The position numbers and the translations under genes were made by a program. Positions 1 to 9,988 of a DNA stretch of 64,000 bases are shown here, one piece after another. The notes under the pieces were generated by a model, which saw nothing but the letters and a program-made list of their open reading frames with translations, had not been told where the DNA came from and made no database searches. The stretch's first letter is position 1, and the number at the start of each line of letters is the position of its first letter. The DNA is from Synechococcus sp. (GTDB lineage Bacteria; Cyanobacteriota; Cyanobacteriia; Thermostichales; PCC-7336): assembly GCA_051439605.1 (NCBI GenBank), contig JBFRWN010000027.1, positions 1 to 64,000 of the forward strand. The letters run 5' to 3'.

Positions 1-125
1 GCTTGCCGTTATGGATACGACCATTCTTGACAATATCTTCGGAGTCACAGCTCGGGCAAGTCGGTTTTAACATTACTGGCTCACGATAGCTAAATGATCC
101 CTATCCTTACATTCGGTGGACTACC
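1..125 (-). mobile_element. Left end of an IS1-family insertion sequence, truncated by the window edge; transposase (InsA-like zinc ribbon) starts at 73
   Basis: Manual translation of 73->1 gives MLKPTCPSCDSEDIVKNGRIHNGK, the CPxC..xxKNG..xGKQ N-terminus typical of IS1 transposases; the minus strand from 125 reads GGTAGTCCACCG..., an IS1-like GGTA terminus. Confidence 0.8.
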
Positions 126-172
126 CCGTTGTTGACCCTTTCAATGCTCTGGGAGGGTCAACTTTTTGTGGG

Positions 173-1435
173 TCATAGAGTAGGTCGAGACCTTTGGATG
201 AGGTCTGCATAAGTCGCTTCAATAGCGGTTAAGAGGTTTGACTGGTCCCAGCTTGCATATAAAGATGCGGCGATCGCCAGCCCCCCTGCTCCGACCCCTT
301 CTTTGACGTACCCTCGCTCGTAGGCTTGTAGCTGGGGATAGCAAGATTGGCTGAAGTTGAGCTGGGTAGCAAGCAGAGTGACAGGCTTTAGCTTTTGGGC
401 CAGAGTAACAGATTGTCCCGTAGGGTCTTCTGCCACCCAACGGGTGGTTCCCACTACAACATTCCGAGGTTCCCAGGCAAGATTCTGCTCTGAGGCCAGC
501 CGTTGCATGAGGGCAAAAACGGCTAGCATTTGCGTACCTCCCGCCAGCAATACAGGTGTAAGACAGGAGGCTGTCAGCGCCATGCCAGCGACAAAGGGCT
601 GCATTGGATCCCCCAGGGCTGCCACCAGCTCTAATGCCGTAGGGGGATAAACTCGCGCGTTGCTGCGTTGTGCTAAAGCGCAGAGTCCTTGATTGACTAG
701 GGCTAACTTTTGGGGGTGGTTGCAGACAGGATGGCTGCTATTGACCATTCCATTGGCATCGATCCCGAGGGCTAGTAATAGGGCGAGTGCTGTTGTTGTA
801 CCTCCCACAACACACTCGCCAATGACAAGATAAGGATGCTGTTCGGCTAGCTGGTTGCCATAAAGCTGACCTTGCTCGAATAAATCTTGCGCGCGGAGCT
901 GAGGTAAAGCGCAACCGGTACTGAGACAGGCGGCGGGCAATGCCGAATAATGGCCTTGAACGAGAGTGGCATGGGGCAGTGGCTCGGGCAAGCCACAGTT
1001 GAAAACCTCAAAAGGTATTTCGAGAATGCTGCAGATGGCTTGGCTGATTACGACCGGGGAGGGATAGCCTTCGGGGGCAGTGGGTAGCCGTGGGGAGTAG
1101 CCCTGCAATAGTACTTCTGCATCAGCAATCGCCGTCCATCGACGGGCTTTTGGGGTGGCTCCTGCAGCAGAAATGCCGGGGACAAGGGCTGTTTCGGTGA
1201 AGCCTACAACACAGGCAAAAAAGGGTCGATGTCCTTGTACAGACTGGCACCACTGTCGCGCATGTTCGGATTGAGTATGGGCTTTGACAAAAAAAGGAGA
1301 CAGCAGTGCTCCTGTGTCATCATTTTTCGCCAAATCTATTACCCATGGGTACGAGGCTCTCCACCAGTTTACAGTCCATCTCGTCAACCCCCTTTCGCAT
1401 GGGACTTCGGATATTCGAACTCGACGATATAGCAT
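173..1435 (-). CDS. cobT: Nicotinate-nucleotide-dependent phosphoribosyltransferase, CobT-like (cyanobacterial/archaeal type); true start probably further downstream
   Basis: Motifs GFTETALVPGISAAGATP, GECVVGGTTTA, GDPMQ, LAGGTQM, YERGYVKEGVGAGG. Confidence 0.85.
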   Translation of the reverse strand: MLYRRVRISEVPCERGLTRWTVNWWRASYPWVIDLAKNDDTGALLSPFFVKAHTQSEHARQWCQSVQGHRPFFACVVGFTETALVPGISAAGATPKARRWTAIADAEVLLQGYSPRLPTAPEGYPSPVVISQAICSILEIPFEVFNCGLPEPLPHATLVQGHYSALPAACLSTGCALPQLRAQDLFEQGQLYGNQLAEQHPYLVIGECVVGGTTTALALLLALGIDANGMVNSSHPVCNHPQKLALVNQGLCALAQRSNARVYPPTALELVAALGDPMQPFVAGMALTASCLTPVLLAGGTQMLAVFALMQRLASEQNLAWEPRNVVVGTTRWVAEDPTGQSVTLAQKLKPVTLLATQLNFSQSCYPQLQAYERGYVKEGVGAGGLAIAASLYASWDQSNLLTAIEATYADLIQRSRPTL

Positions 1436-1471
1436 TCATACCCCTGTTTGGGAGGATGAACTTTGCCAAGG

Positions 1472-2482
1472 TTATTCATCGGTATGTTCTGAAGCAGGTT
1501 GTTGCTCCGCGTCTGAATTTGCTTTAGCCTCATACTGCTCAAGATCGGCAGCAAATGCCCGATAGCTTTTAGCAATTTCACGAATGCGAGCGCTGATTCC
1601 TCCAGGGGCCGTCGTTTCTGCTCGTTCAAACAGTTTTTGCGCTTCCTCAAAGTTCCGCTGCTCTTTGGGGGCATTGGTCAGGGCTATGGCTTTCTCGAAA
1701 GCTGGACGGAAATCAGTAGGTTCGCTATCTAATAGGCGATCGTACACCGTCATCGCATCCGCAAACCGATCGCCTGTGCGATACGCCTTAGCCAGTAGCA
1801 GCGAGATTTCAACGGTTGCTCCTTTGCGATGCTTTTGCTCTAACAATGCGATCGCCGCGGCTGATTTCCCCACTGACAGATCCGCATCCACTAAGGTTTC
1901 TAGGACGTCCGGTCGCTCGGGATAGTCCTCATACAGTGCTTGCAGAGTTTGCAACCCCTCGTCCACTTGCCCCGCCTGCACTTGCAGTTGTCCCAGTTCG
2001 AGGCTCAAACCCACCCGATCGGGCTGGATGGCCACTAACTTTTGGAGAGGGGCGATCGCCGCCTCAAAGCGTCCCAATTGCAAGAGGTCGTTTGTCAGAC
2101 CCTGCAACGCTAGCTCGTTGTCTGGCTCGCGCTCTAAGACCAGTTCGTAGCCATCGATCTCTTTTTGCACCTGCTCTACAGACAGTTGCGCCGTTGCGTT
2201 ACTAAAGTTCAGCTTTAGTCCCTTCAGCCCACCTAAAGCGGGCAAGAGCGAAAATCCGACAAAGGCTGCCACTGCGGCAATTAGTACGAATCTGTAGAGC
2301 CAACTGCGTTGGGAGGCAGCGGACTTAGGACGGGATTTCGGGCGGTCGGCATCCGAACTGCGCTTAACCCTTAATTTGGCAGTCGCACGGGTTTCAGCTC
2401 GTTCTGGTTCGGTGGCGGATGGCTTCCCAGAGTGCTTTTTTTTTGACGATTGCTTGTGCTTTGCCTTTGACCGTTGGCCCAT
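1472..2482 (-). CDS. Membrane-anchored tetratricopeptide-repeat protein
   Basis: Basic N-terminus, one TM helix (FVLIAAVAAFVGFSLL), then TPR-like repeats (GYELVLEREPDN..ALQGL, GRFEAAIAPLQKLV..QPD). Confidence 0.8.
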   Translation of the reverse strand: MGQRSKAKHKQSSKKKHSGKPSATEPERAETRATAKLRVKRSSDADRPKSRPKSAASQRSWLYRFVLIAAVAAFVGFSLLPALGGLKGLKLNFSNATAQLSVEQVQKEIDGYELVLEREPDNELALQGLTNDLLQLGRFEAAIAPLQKLVAIQPDRVGLSLELGQLQVQAGQVDEGLQTLQALYEDYPERPDVLETLVDADLSVGKSAAAIALLEQKHRKGATVEISLLLAKAYRTGDRFADAMTVYDRLLDSEPTDFRPAFEKAIALTNAPKEQRNFEEAQKLFERAETTAPGGISARIREIAKSYRAFAADLEQYEAKANSDAEQQPASEHTDE

Positions 2483-2778
2483 TGGTGATTCTCCCTGACC
2501 TTAGTAATGCACCTTTATCTGCGATTGCGATCCCCAACAGAATCCACCTAGTCCTGCACTACCGGTGTCTCCCTATACCAAAGCATGTAAAGCTTTGCAT
2601 CGCCCAACCCGACAACTACCTGGATTGGATTGAAGGCACAGGCATTTTCAGCTAAAACCATAGTACTGACAACCTGCAGCGATTTTTCGCCGTGGATGTT
2701 AACTGAAATTTTAGGCTGCTCCAATCGGTTTCACCGATTTGACCCCAGTTCAGTAGGTCCCTCGCCACAACAATCGTC

Positions 2779-3678
2779 ATGACAATCGAGCAAAGCGCTC
2801 CGATTCCACCCAAGCCCCCCAAACGGCCCGTTACTCCTCCAGTAACCGCATCGTCTCCTGCTGGTGCTGTTACTAAGCAACCTCCCTCCAACTTTCCCGA
2901 CCAATCCACGCTAGGAGGTGTTCGGTATCATCCCATCGCTCCCCCCGATAACCCGATGCAATTTCGAGCGGTTGGCGTGGTTGCAGGGCGCTACGTTCCC
3001 TCAGAGGAACAATTTACCCGCGGAACCCTGATTACCCCGGATGGAGAAAATATCAATGCCGTACTGCTGGGGCGTGTGATGAGCCTGGTGCGCAAGTATA
3101 TCCAGGACGATCGCGACTATCTTTGGGTGGTGTATCCCCGCACCGGTTTAAAAAGCCATCAGGATCGTCTGCACGTCCAAATATCCGGGGTGTGGGCTCC
3201 AGAGGAGATGGGGCCCATCGGTGAGGATTTGCACGAGCAAAAAGAGAAAGAATCGGGGGAACCTGAAGAGACAGTCAGTCCCCCAAAACCACCTCCGACT
3301 GATGTGACCCCAGATTTATTCTCGATCCGAGGTGAAGTGGTTCGCCAAAAGCCTGAAGAGGATTCTATTTCGGTCAAAATCGTTCAGAGTGCGCGTAAGA
3401 AGACGGGTGGTAAGAAAGCAAGCTCATTTAAGCTCGCCTTGAAGGGAACCTTACCCACCCATGCGCTGGGGGGATTTTGGGAATTTGAAGTGCGGCGTCA
3501 AGGCAGCTTGTTAGAAATTGTGCGGGCAGTTTCCGTTGGCCCGGCCCCCAAACCCAAGCCCAAGAAGCACCGCAAAGGAGCTGCGGGGCATTCTGTTCCC
3601 CGTCCTCATAAAGGTGGTGACGAACCTCACAAACGTCCGGCCCCCCCCAAGCCTCGGCGCTCCAGTTCGTCCTCTTAA
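2779..3678 (+). CDS. Conserved cyanobacterial hypothetical protein
   Basis: 299-aa ORF with core PIAPPDNPMQFRAVGVVAGRYVPSEEQFTRGTL..LWVVYPRT; Pro/Lys-rich termini. Confidence 0.75.
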   Translation: MTIEQSAPIPPKPPKRPVTPPVTASSPAGAVTKQPPSNFPDQSTLGGVRYHPIAPPDNPMQFRAVGVVAGRYVPSEEQFTRGTLITPDGENINAVLLGRVMSLVRKYIQDDRDYLWVVYPRTGLKSHQDRLHVQISGVWAPEEMGPIGEDLHEQKEKESGEPEETVSPPKPPPTDVTPDLFSIRGEVVRQKPEEDSISVKIVQSARKKTGGKKASSFKLALKGTLPTHALGGFWEFEVRRQGSLLEIVRAVSVGPAPKPKPKKHRKGAAGHSVPRPHKGGDEPHKRPAPPKPRRSSSSS

Positions 3679-3840
3679 GCTTCAACGTCCCATTTTCAAT
3701 CGGTAGCCAGATCGGCAGCAGATGATTCATCTGAACCGTTCGCGACCGCACAATGGCACGTCTGAACTCGGTCAATCCCTAAATTCAGACCCTCTCCGAA
3801 GTAATACAATTTTTACCCATGCATGTTTTGTGATGGTTAG

Positions 3841-5184
3841 ATGTGCATGGGTGTTTTTTCGCGATCAGGAAATTTACCTATGGTTGCAACCACCGGCTAT
3901 TCTGCAGCTCCATCTGATTTTTCTCCAGAGAGTTATCTGGATTCTCTCGGACGATTTGGCGTTCAGTTGGGTCTCGATCGCATGCTGGCCCTCCTGACTG
4001 TTCTGGGGCAGCCGCAGCAAGGGATTCCGGTCATTCACGTAGCCGGGACCAATGGCAAAGGGTCGGTTTGTGCCATGCTCTCAACGGTGCTGGCTAAAGC
4101 AGGGTATCGGGTGGGCCGCTACACTTCCCCCCATCTCGTTAGTTGGCGAGAACGGATTTGTTTGAACGGCGAGGCGATCGCCCCTGACGATTGGCGGACC
4201 TCGTTATGGCGGGTGAAAACAGCCCTCGATCGCTATCCTGCAGATTGCGAGCCCCCCACGCAATTTGAAATGGTTACTGCGACTGCCTGGCTGTATTTTC
4301 AGCAGCAAAGGGTGGACATTGCTGTGTTGGAAGTGGGGTTAGGCGGCCGTTTAGATGCCACAAATGCGGCGATCGACACCTGTTTGAGTGCGATTACGCC
4401 CATCGGCCGAGATCACTGGCAGCGGCTGGGCAATACGTTGGGAGAAATTGCTGGGGAAAAGGCGGGCGCGATCAAACCTATCACGCCGGTGGTGAGTGCT
4501 CCACAAGCTCCCGAAGCACTAGCGGTGTTGCAGTCGATCGCGGCCGAGCGCCAGGCTCCCTTAAGCGTTGTGCAACCGGCTGTTTGGGGGGAAACGGGTA
4601 AGCTTCTTTGGCAAGGTCGAACCTATGCTCTCAGATTGCAGGGGGATGCACAACTGGAGAATGCAGCGGTGGTGTTAGAGGCGATCGCGCAGTTGCGACA
4701 GGTGGGATGGGCTATTCCAGAATCGGCGGTGCAGTCGGGGTTAGCCAGTACCCGCTGGTTGGGCCGCCTGCAGTGGGCGCGGCTTGGCAATCACCCGGTG
4801 TTGTTGGACGGTGCCCATAACGTTCCAGCAGCACGTGTCTTGCGACAGTTCTTCGATCGACAGTTCCCCGGACAGTCTGTGACTTGGTGCATGGGCATGT
4901 TGACCACCAAAGATGCGGCTGGCATTTTGCAAGTTCTATTGCGAGCAGGTGATCGCTTCTGCACGCTGCCCATCAGCGATCGAATGTCTTATCCACCGTT
5001 GCAACTTTTGGAAATTGCTCGACAAACTGGGGTCCCTCTTGCGCAGATTCAATCGCTGCAAACGCTAGAACAGCTGCCCGACTTTCTCGCTGGGCTTTCC
5101 GCTGATTCCGAACCGATTGCCATTTGTGGCTCGCTGTACATGTTGGGGCAGTTGATGGAGCTCTATCCTCATCTGATGGAATGA
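3841..5184 (+). CDS. folC: Bifunctional folylpolyglutamate synthase/dihydrofolate synthase
   Basis: HVAGTNGKGS P-loop, YTSPHL, LEVGLGGRLDATN, LDGAHN, GSLY. Confidence 0.95.
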   Translation: MCMGVFSRSGNLPMVATTGYSAAPSDFSPESYLDSLGRFGVQLGLDRMLALLTVLGQPQQGIPVIHVAGTNGKGSVCAMLSTVLAKAGYRVGRYTSPHLVSWRERICLNGEAIAPDDWRTSLWRVKTALDRYPADCEPPTQFEMVTATAWLYFQQQRVDIAVLEVGLGGRLDATNAAIDTCLSAITPIGRDHWQRLGNTLGEIAGEKAGAIKPITPVVSAPQAPEALAVLQSIAAERQAPLSVVQPAVWGETGKLLWQGRTYALRLQGDAQLENAAVVLEAIAQLRQVGWAIPESAVQSGLASTRWLGRLQWARLGNHPVLLDGAHNVPAARVLRQFFDRQFPGQSVTWCMGMLTTKDAAGILQVLLRAGDRFCTLPISDRMSYPPLQLLEIARQTGVPLAQIQSLQTLEQLPDFLAGLSADSEPIAICGSLYMLGQLMELYPHLME

Positions 5185-5275
5185 GGGCAGGCATTCTCAG
5201 GCGAGTATAATTGCCAATTCCGATTCAGCCTCCTCCCGCAAACGCTCATCCTAACCCACCAAATTCTAGCGTGGA

Positions 5276-5341
5276 GGGGTCCAGGGGACGCGCTTCGTCC
5301 CCTAGTTGCGGGAGCGCGAGGGGGAGCGACCGCCCTCTCGC
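5276..5341. repeat. GC-rich double-hairpin (REP-like) element between convergent genes
   Basis: AGGGGACG(5283-5290)/CGTCCCCT(5296-5303) perfect 8-bp stem, then GCGAGGGGG(5316-5324)/CCCTCTCGC(5333-5341) stem with one G-U pair. Confidence 0.55.
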
Positions 5342-5395
5342 ACCATCAGGTTTTTTAGGAGGATAGGTCAAACGAAGTCCATACGAAGTAGCCTG

Positions 5396-6271
5396 TCAGG
5401 CGATCGCAGTCTGTAGGTCACCAAACTCTTCAGTCGGAGAATCTGCTGTAGACAGCGAATTCTGTTCGCTGCTGGCCACCCCTTTCACCCCACGGGTGAC
5501 TTGATTGATAGCCCATAGCGATTCTGTTTGGACTGCGCCAAAACCAGCCTCAGTCATCCATTGCCCCAAATTCCCCCGAGCGTAGTCTTGCAGGTAGGGC
5601 TCTTCAAAAATCTCCATCAGCCAGGGGACTTGCGGCAGGGTTTCTTGCGAGCCATCCAGAATTAACACCTCGCCCCCTGTGTTTAACAATCGATGGCACT
5701 CCTGAAGAATCTGGCGGGCGATCGGTACTGGCGTTTCGTGGAACAACAGGGAAGCAGTCACCAAATCGAAACTGGCATCCGGGAACAATGTAGATTCCGC
5801 TAGCCCGTGCCGCCAACGAATGTTGGTTTTGGGGAGTTGCGTCGCTTTATGTTCCGCCATCACCAGCATATGGGGGGACAAATCTAAGCCAATTACCTCC
5901 GCTTTGGGAAAAGCTCGAGCCAGCATGAGGGTGGTCGATCCGGTACCGCAGCCAAGGTCAAGAATGCGGCGGGGATGGTTTTGAATGCGGCTCACCAACC
6001 CTTGACGTACCCAGCGTTCGCCGGGGGGCAAGACATATTGAGTGATGGGATCGTAAGTGACTGCAGCATCCACTGACAGATAGCCCCCCGGGACCCCATG
6101 AAAATTTTGGCTGCAGTAGTAGTGGGGGTACGCCAAAGCTGGATCGGCGAGGCGATCGCAAGCATCATCCCAATCAATGCTGTCTCGCAGCACTTGCAGG
6201 GCGTCGCGATCGAGGAGGACATTGCCCAAAAACGAAGATAGAACCCGTTCAAAAAGCGTTGACGATGACAT
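5396..6271 (-). CDS. Class I SAM-dependent methyltransferase
   Basis: Motif I ILDLGCGTG, GLDLSPHML, FDLVTASLLFHE. Confidence 0.9.
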   Translation of the reverse strand: MSSSTLFERVLSSFLGNVLLDRDALQVLRDSIDWDDACDRLADPALAYPHYYCSQNFHGVPGGYLSVDAAVTYDPITQYVLPPGERWVRQGLVSRIQNHPRRILDLGCGTGSTTLMLARAFPKAEVIGLDLSPHMLVMAEHKATQLPKTNIRWRHGLAESTLFPDASFDLVTASLLFHETPVPIARQILQECHRLLNTGGEVLILDGSQETLPQVPWLMEIFEEPYLQDYARGNLGQWMTEAGFGAVQTESLWAINQVTRGVKGVASSEQNSLSTADSPTEEFGDLQTAIA

Positions 6272-6402
6272 GGCAGGACTTAACGCAGTGTTTACTGACA
6301 GGAAAGCACACCTTAGAGGAATTGACGCAGAACTAGAGGGGGCTGCTTGGTATACCCACTTTCGATCGGCTCAGTCACTAACCTCTGCTATATCAATAGC
6401 TA

Positions 6403-7023
6403 TCAGCTGTTGTCAATCAAGACCGCAGCAGCTTGCTTTGCTTGCATGGCGGGCTCAGAACTGTGGTGCATCATCGCAACAACAATTGCCCCTTCCACCA
6501 GGATGAACAGTTGCCTAGCCAATGCTTCAGGATGCGGTATATTAGCAGCCCGAACAAGATTGAGGATAGATTCAAACATCGCCCGTTGATGTTCAAGCGC
6601 TACTCGATATCCAGGGTGCTCGGGATCGACCAACTCGACAGCAGAGTTGATAAATGCACAGCCACGAAAGTCAGGTTGCTCGAACCATTCCTTCAGGACA
6701 TCAAAAACAACCAAAACGCGATCGCCCGTTTCCGCCGCCAAGCTGTCAACTCTTTCCTGAAACCAAGCGCGCCATTTTTCATCTCGCTGCTGAAGCCAGG
6801 CCGCGATTAAGGCGTCTTTTGACTTGAAGTGGTTGTATAGAGACATTTTTGCAACGCCGGACTCGGCAATGATGCGATCGACGCCAACGTTTTGCACCCC
6901 TTCTCTGTAGAACAGGTCGGATGCTGCTACCAGGATGCGATCGCGAGCGGGAGCACGCGAGGATTGAGAGCTTGAGGATTGAGTACTTGAGGATTGAGAG
7001 CTTGAGGATTGAGTCTCTGCCAC
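6403..7023 (-). CDS. TetR/AcrR family transcriptional regulator
   Basis: HTH ARDRILVAASDLFYREG..GVDRIIAESGVAKMSLYNHFKSKDAL; FRGCAFIN motif; AGGAGG RBS before a GTG start. Confidence 0.95.
   Translation of the reverse strand: MAETQSSSSQSSSTQSSSSQSSRAPARDRILVAASDLFYREGVQNVGVDRIIAESGVAKMSLYNHFKSKDALIAAWLQQRDEKWRAWFQERVDSLAAETGDRVLVVFDVLKEWFEQPDFRGCAFINSAVELVDPEHPGYRVALEHQRAMFESILNLVRAANIPHPEALARQLFILVEGAIVVAMMHHSSEPAMQAKQAAAVLIDNS
6959..7014. repeat. 15-bp tandem repeat (~3.7 copies) encoding the Ser-rich N-terminus of the TetR protein
   Basis: GAGGATTGAGAGCTT / GAGGATTGAGTACTT / GAGGATTGAGAGCTT / GAGGATTGAGT. Confidence 0.9.
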
Positions 7024-7037
7024 TGCGACCTCCTATG

Positions 7038-7060
7038 TAGACAGGTCTGTCTGAAGTATA
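7038..7060 (-). promoter_or_regulatory. Probable TetR autoregulatory operator just downstream of a -10 box
   Basis: Inverted repeat AGACAG-gt-CTGTCT (7039-7052); TATACT on the minus strand (7060-7055); RBS at 7034-7029. Confidence 0.65.
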
Positions 7061-7360
7061 TCTTGCCCCATTGGCACTCCCTAGTTGCGAGAGCATTACA
7101 ACTATGCCCGGACGATTTTCAGAGTTCTCTATGGACAACTCAAACCCATCAGCAACAAGTATTCATTTGAGGTATCGACGGAGGGAAAGAGTTCGATCGA
7201 GGTGCTGTGAAATCTGTCAGCGAACGCAGTAATCCAGAGGTTTTCTAGCGTTTATTGCACCCCAGCTGAGGGCAGCTATGTCACATCAATGACGGATTGA
7301 TATTTACTTGTGGTGAGCTTGACCGTTCTCATCCCATCAAACCGTTATCCCGAGATTGCT

Positions 7361-8878
7361 ATGGACAACCTGCTTCTGATTCGAGGTCGATGGATTTTTA
7401 CGGGCGAAGCGACCCTGACTGATGGAGCGATCGCGATTCGAAACGAGCGGATTCTGGAGGTGGGCTCGCGGACAACTTTACAGGCAAAATATCCCGACGC
7501 AGAGGTGCTGGGTTCAGACGACCACGCTGTCATGCCGGGGTTGATTAATGCCCACCATCACAGCAATGGAGTCCCAAATTCTTTGCAGGGGATTGCTGAT
7601 GATTTTTTGGAGCTGTGGCTGTTTTCATTGTTTGGGTTGAGGACACAAGACCCTACACTCAAAACTCTGCTGAGTATTGCCCAACTGCTACAAAGTGGAG
7701 TGACCTCAGTGGTGGATGTGGTCAGCGTTTCGGGTGAGTTGGATAGTTGTTTGAGCGAAATCAAGGCAAGATTGCGCGCCTACGAGCAGGCTGGAATGCG
7801 AGTCGCGTTAACCCCTGGAGCCAAATACGAAAGTTTCCTGGTTCATGGGGAAGATGATAAGTTTGTGGCGAGCTTACCGGATGGTTTGCATCAGCGGTTG
7901 CTATCCCTGTTTCCACTCCAGCAGCAGTTAGATCCGCAAGACTATCTGGATGCGATCGCCGATTGGGTAAAACGCTATAGCGCCCATCCCCACATTGACA
8001 TTTGGTTTGGGCCGCCAGGTCCCCAATGGGTAGGTGACGATCTGTTGGTGCAGATTGTAGAGGCTGCAGACAGGCTGAAGACCCATGTCCAGACCCACGT
8101 CGTCGAGTCCTTACCTGAAAAGCTGATTGGACCTCGGTTTCACGGCAAATCGATCATCGCTCATCTCAACGATTTAGGGGTGTTGAGCCCTCGATTTTCG
8201 ATTGCTCACGGGGTTTGGCTCACCGAATCCAATATCGAAATTTTGTCGGAGACGGGAGCTGCTGTCAGCCATAACCCCAGCTCTAATCTGAGGTTGCGGG
8301 CAGGGATTGCACCTCTCAATGCGATGCTCGCTAGAGGCATGACCGTGGGGCTGGGGATGGATGGGACGACGCTGGGGGATGACGAAGATATGTTTACTGA
8401 GATGAGGCTGGCGGCAAGGTTGCATCGAACACCCCAATTGGATGGACCTGCACCTAGCTACGAAGACATCTTTTGTTTGGCGACTGTTGGTGGAGCTCGG
8501 TTGATGGGAAAGGAACAGCAGATTGGCAAGCTGGTGCCGGGGTATCGAGCGGATATGGTGCTGGTTCAGTGCGATCGCATCACCTGGCCTTGGATTGCCC
8601 CAGAAGCGAACCCCCTGCATGTCATGCTGATGCGGGCCAAAGCGGCTGATGTGGATACTGTGTTGGTGAATGGCAAGGTTGTGCTGAAGGCTGGAATGCC
8701 CACGGGATTTGACTTGGCTGAAGTTGGCAAGGCGATCGCCGAACAATTGGATGCCGCCCCAGACCGCGACCAATATCGAGCGCTGGCTGCTGAGTTAAGA
8801 CCGCACACGATCCAGTGGTATTCCCAGTGGACTGCGCCAGATCTAACTCCTTTTGCAGCATTCAACTCTCGTCAATAG
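7361..8878 (+). CDS. Metal-dependent amidohydrolase/deaminase (Atz/Trz, MTA/SAH deaminase-like)
   Basis: PGLINAHHH (HxH), QTHVVES, IAHGVW, HNPSSNLRL, GLGMDG, G..ADMVLV; ATG 7361 preferred over GTG 7310. Confidence 0.9.
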   Translation: MDNLLLIRGRWIFTGEATLTDGAIAIRNERILEVGSRTTLQAKYPDAEVLGSDDHAVMPGLINAHHHSNGVPNSLQGIADDFLELWLFSLFGLRTQDPTLKTLLSIAQLLQSGVTSVVDVVSVSGELDSCLSEIKARLRAYEQAGMRVALTPGAKYESFLVHGEDDKFVASLPDGLHQRLLSLFPLQQQLDPQDYLDAIADWVKRYSAHPHIDIWFGPPGPQWVGDDLLVQIVEAADRLKTHVQTHVVESLPEKLIGPRFHGKSIIAHLNDLGVLSPRFSIAHGVWLTESNIEILSETGAAVSHNPSSNLRLRAGIAPLNAMLARGMTVGLGMDGTTLGDDEDMFTEMRLAARLHRTPQLDGPAPSYEDIFCLATVGGARLMGKEQQIGKLVPGYRADMVLVQCDRITWPWIAPEANPLHVMLMRAKAADVDTVLVNGKVVLKAGMPTGFDLAEVGKAIAEQLDAAPDRDQYRALAAELRPHTIQWYSQWTAPDLTPFAAFNSRQ

Positions 8879-9082
8879 ACGGAATAGACGTCCAGCTCTA
8901 ATATGAGCAGCTTTTCGTGAATACTTTGGAACTCTCGCTTCATTTGGTAGATCTGGCGATTTTGTTCGATTTTGCTTGCGATCGCGATAACCTCCGGCCA
9001 AGAACTGCCACTCAATCCTTTTCTGACTTACTCTGCCGTCAACCGGACAATGAACCCCGATGGGTTCAACGCCAGTAACTCA

Positions 9083-9802
9083 CTAGACAAAATGGTAAGG
9101 GGGCAAAGGCTGGCCCAGCTCTAACTTCCAGTTGTGTAGCTGCGATCGCCAACGCATAATCTGCTCCTCCAGCTCGATCGCCTCCCCCCGCTGAATTAAC
9201 ACGTAGGCCCGTTCAATTTTCCCTTGTGTGTGGGCTACCAGACGCGGATAAGTTTGGGCGATCCGAGCCAAAATATCCTCTTTCTCCGCCTGCATGACCC
9301 CCGCTAAAGACTGTTCCACAGACAGATTGGGGGAAACAGACAGATTGGGGGAAATAGTTGTGCCGTTGTTAACCTCAATAGAATTGGTATTGTCCAGGCC
9401 AGACTCCTCAAACAGTTTGTCCCCATACCCATTGCCCCCAGAAACTTGGCGCGGAATCAGCTTGCAGCAATATTCCACACAATCGGCCAGCATATCCAGT
9501 TTGCTGAGATAGGTATCTTGATGCGTTGCCAAGTGATCGAGCAAACGCTGGCGGGAGCGAAAGCAGGTACCAAATTGCAGGGGAATGAGAGCCGCCTGTT
9601 CGAACACTGCACACATCACGCGGTCGTGGGCGATCGCCGCCTGCACCAGCAAATTATCGTCCTCCTGCAATGCCACAAAGTCGACATCCGGTTCGGTCAA
9701 TGCCGCCAGTTGATTGTGATGCACGAGCTCTAGGCGACCGCTAATACCTGAAGGCATCTGCAGCGTCGTTTTGGGTGCTGCGAGAAAAGCATAGGTGTAC
9801 AT
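9083..9802 (-). CDS. GvpL/GvpF family gas vesicle accessory protein
   Basis: MYTYAFL, AHDRVMCAVF...IPLQFGTCF, C-terminal GQPLPPYHFV. Confidence 0.85.
   Translation of the reverse strand: MYTYAFLAAPKTTLQMPSGISGRLELVHHNQLAALTEPDVDFVALQEDDNLLVQAAIAHDRVMCAVFEQAALIPLQFGTCFRSRQRLLDHLATHQDTYLSKLDMLADCVEYCCKLIPRQVSGGNGYGDKLFEESGLDNTNSIEVNNGTTISPNLSVSPNLSVEQSLAGVMQAEKEDILARIAQTYPRLVAHTQGKIERAYVLIQRGEAIELEEQIMRWRSQLHNWKLELGQPLPPYHFV
9318..9354. repeat. 18-bp in-frame tandem duplication inside the GvpL/F gene
   Basis: ACAGACAGATTGGGGGAA twice; protein SPNLSV SPNLSV. Confidence 0.85.
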
Positions 9803-9988
9803 CGTCGACCCCTGTGGGTGAAGGGTAGGCAAGCAATATCCATACCCTATGCAACAGCAGGCAGAAAATACCGTTCATTCCCCCGTTTAGAAAACAATCG
9901 TCAAGTTTTAGATACGTTTTGTCAGATTTCGAGGCAGCGGATTTGCTTGACGAGTGGAGTTTTTGCGAAATTTGCGGTCTTCCCAAAC

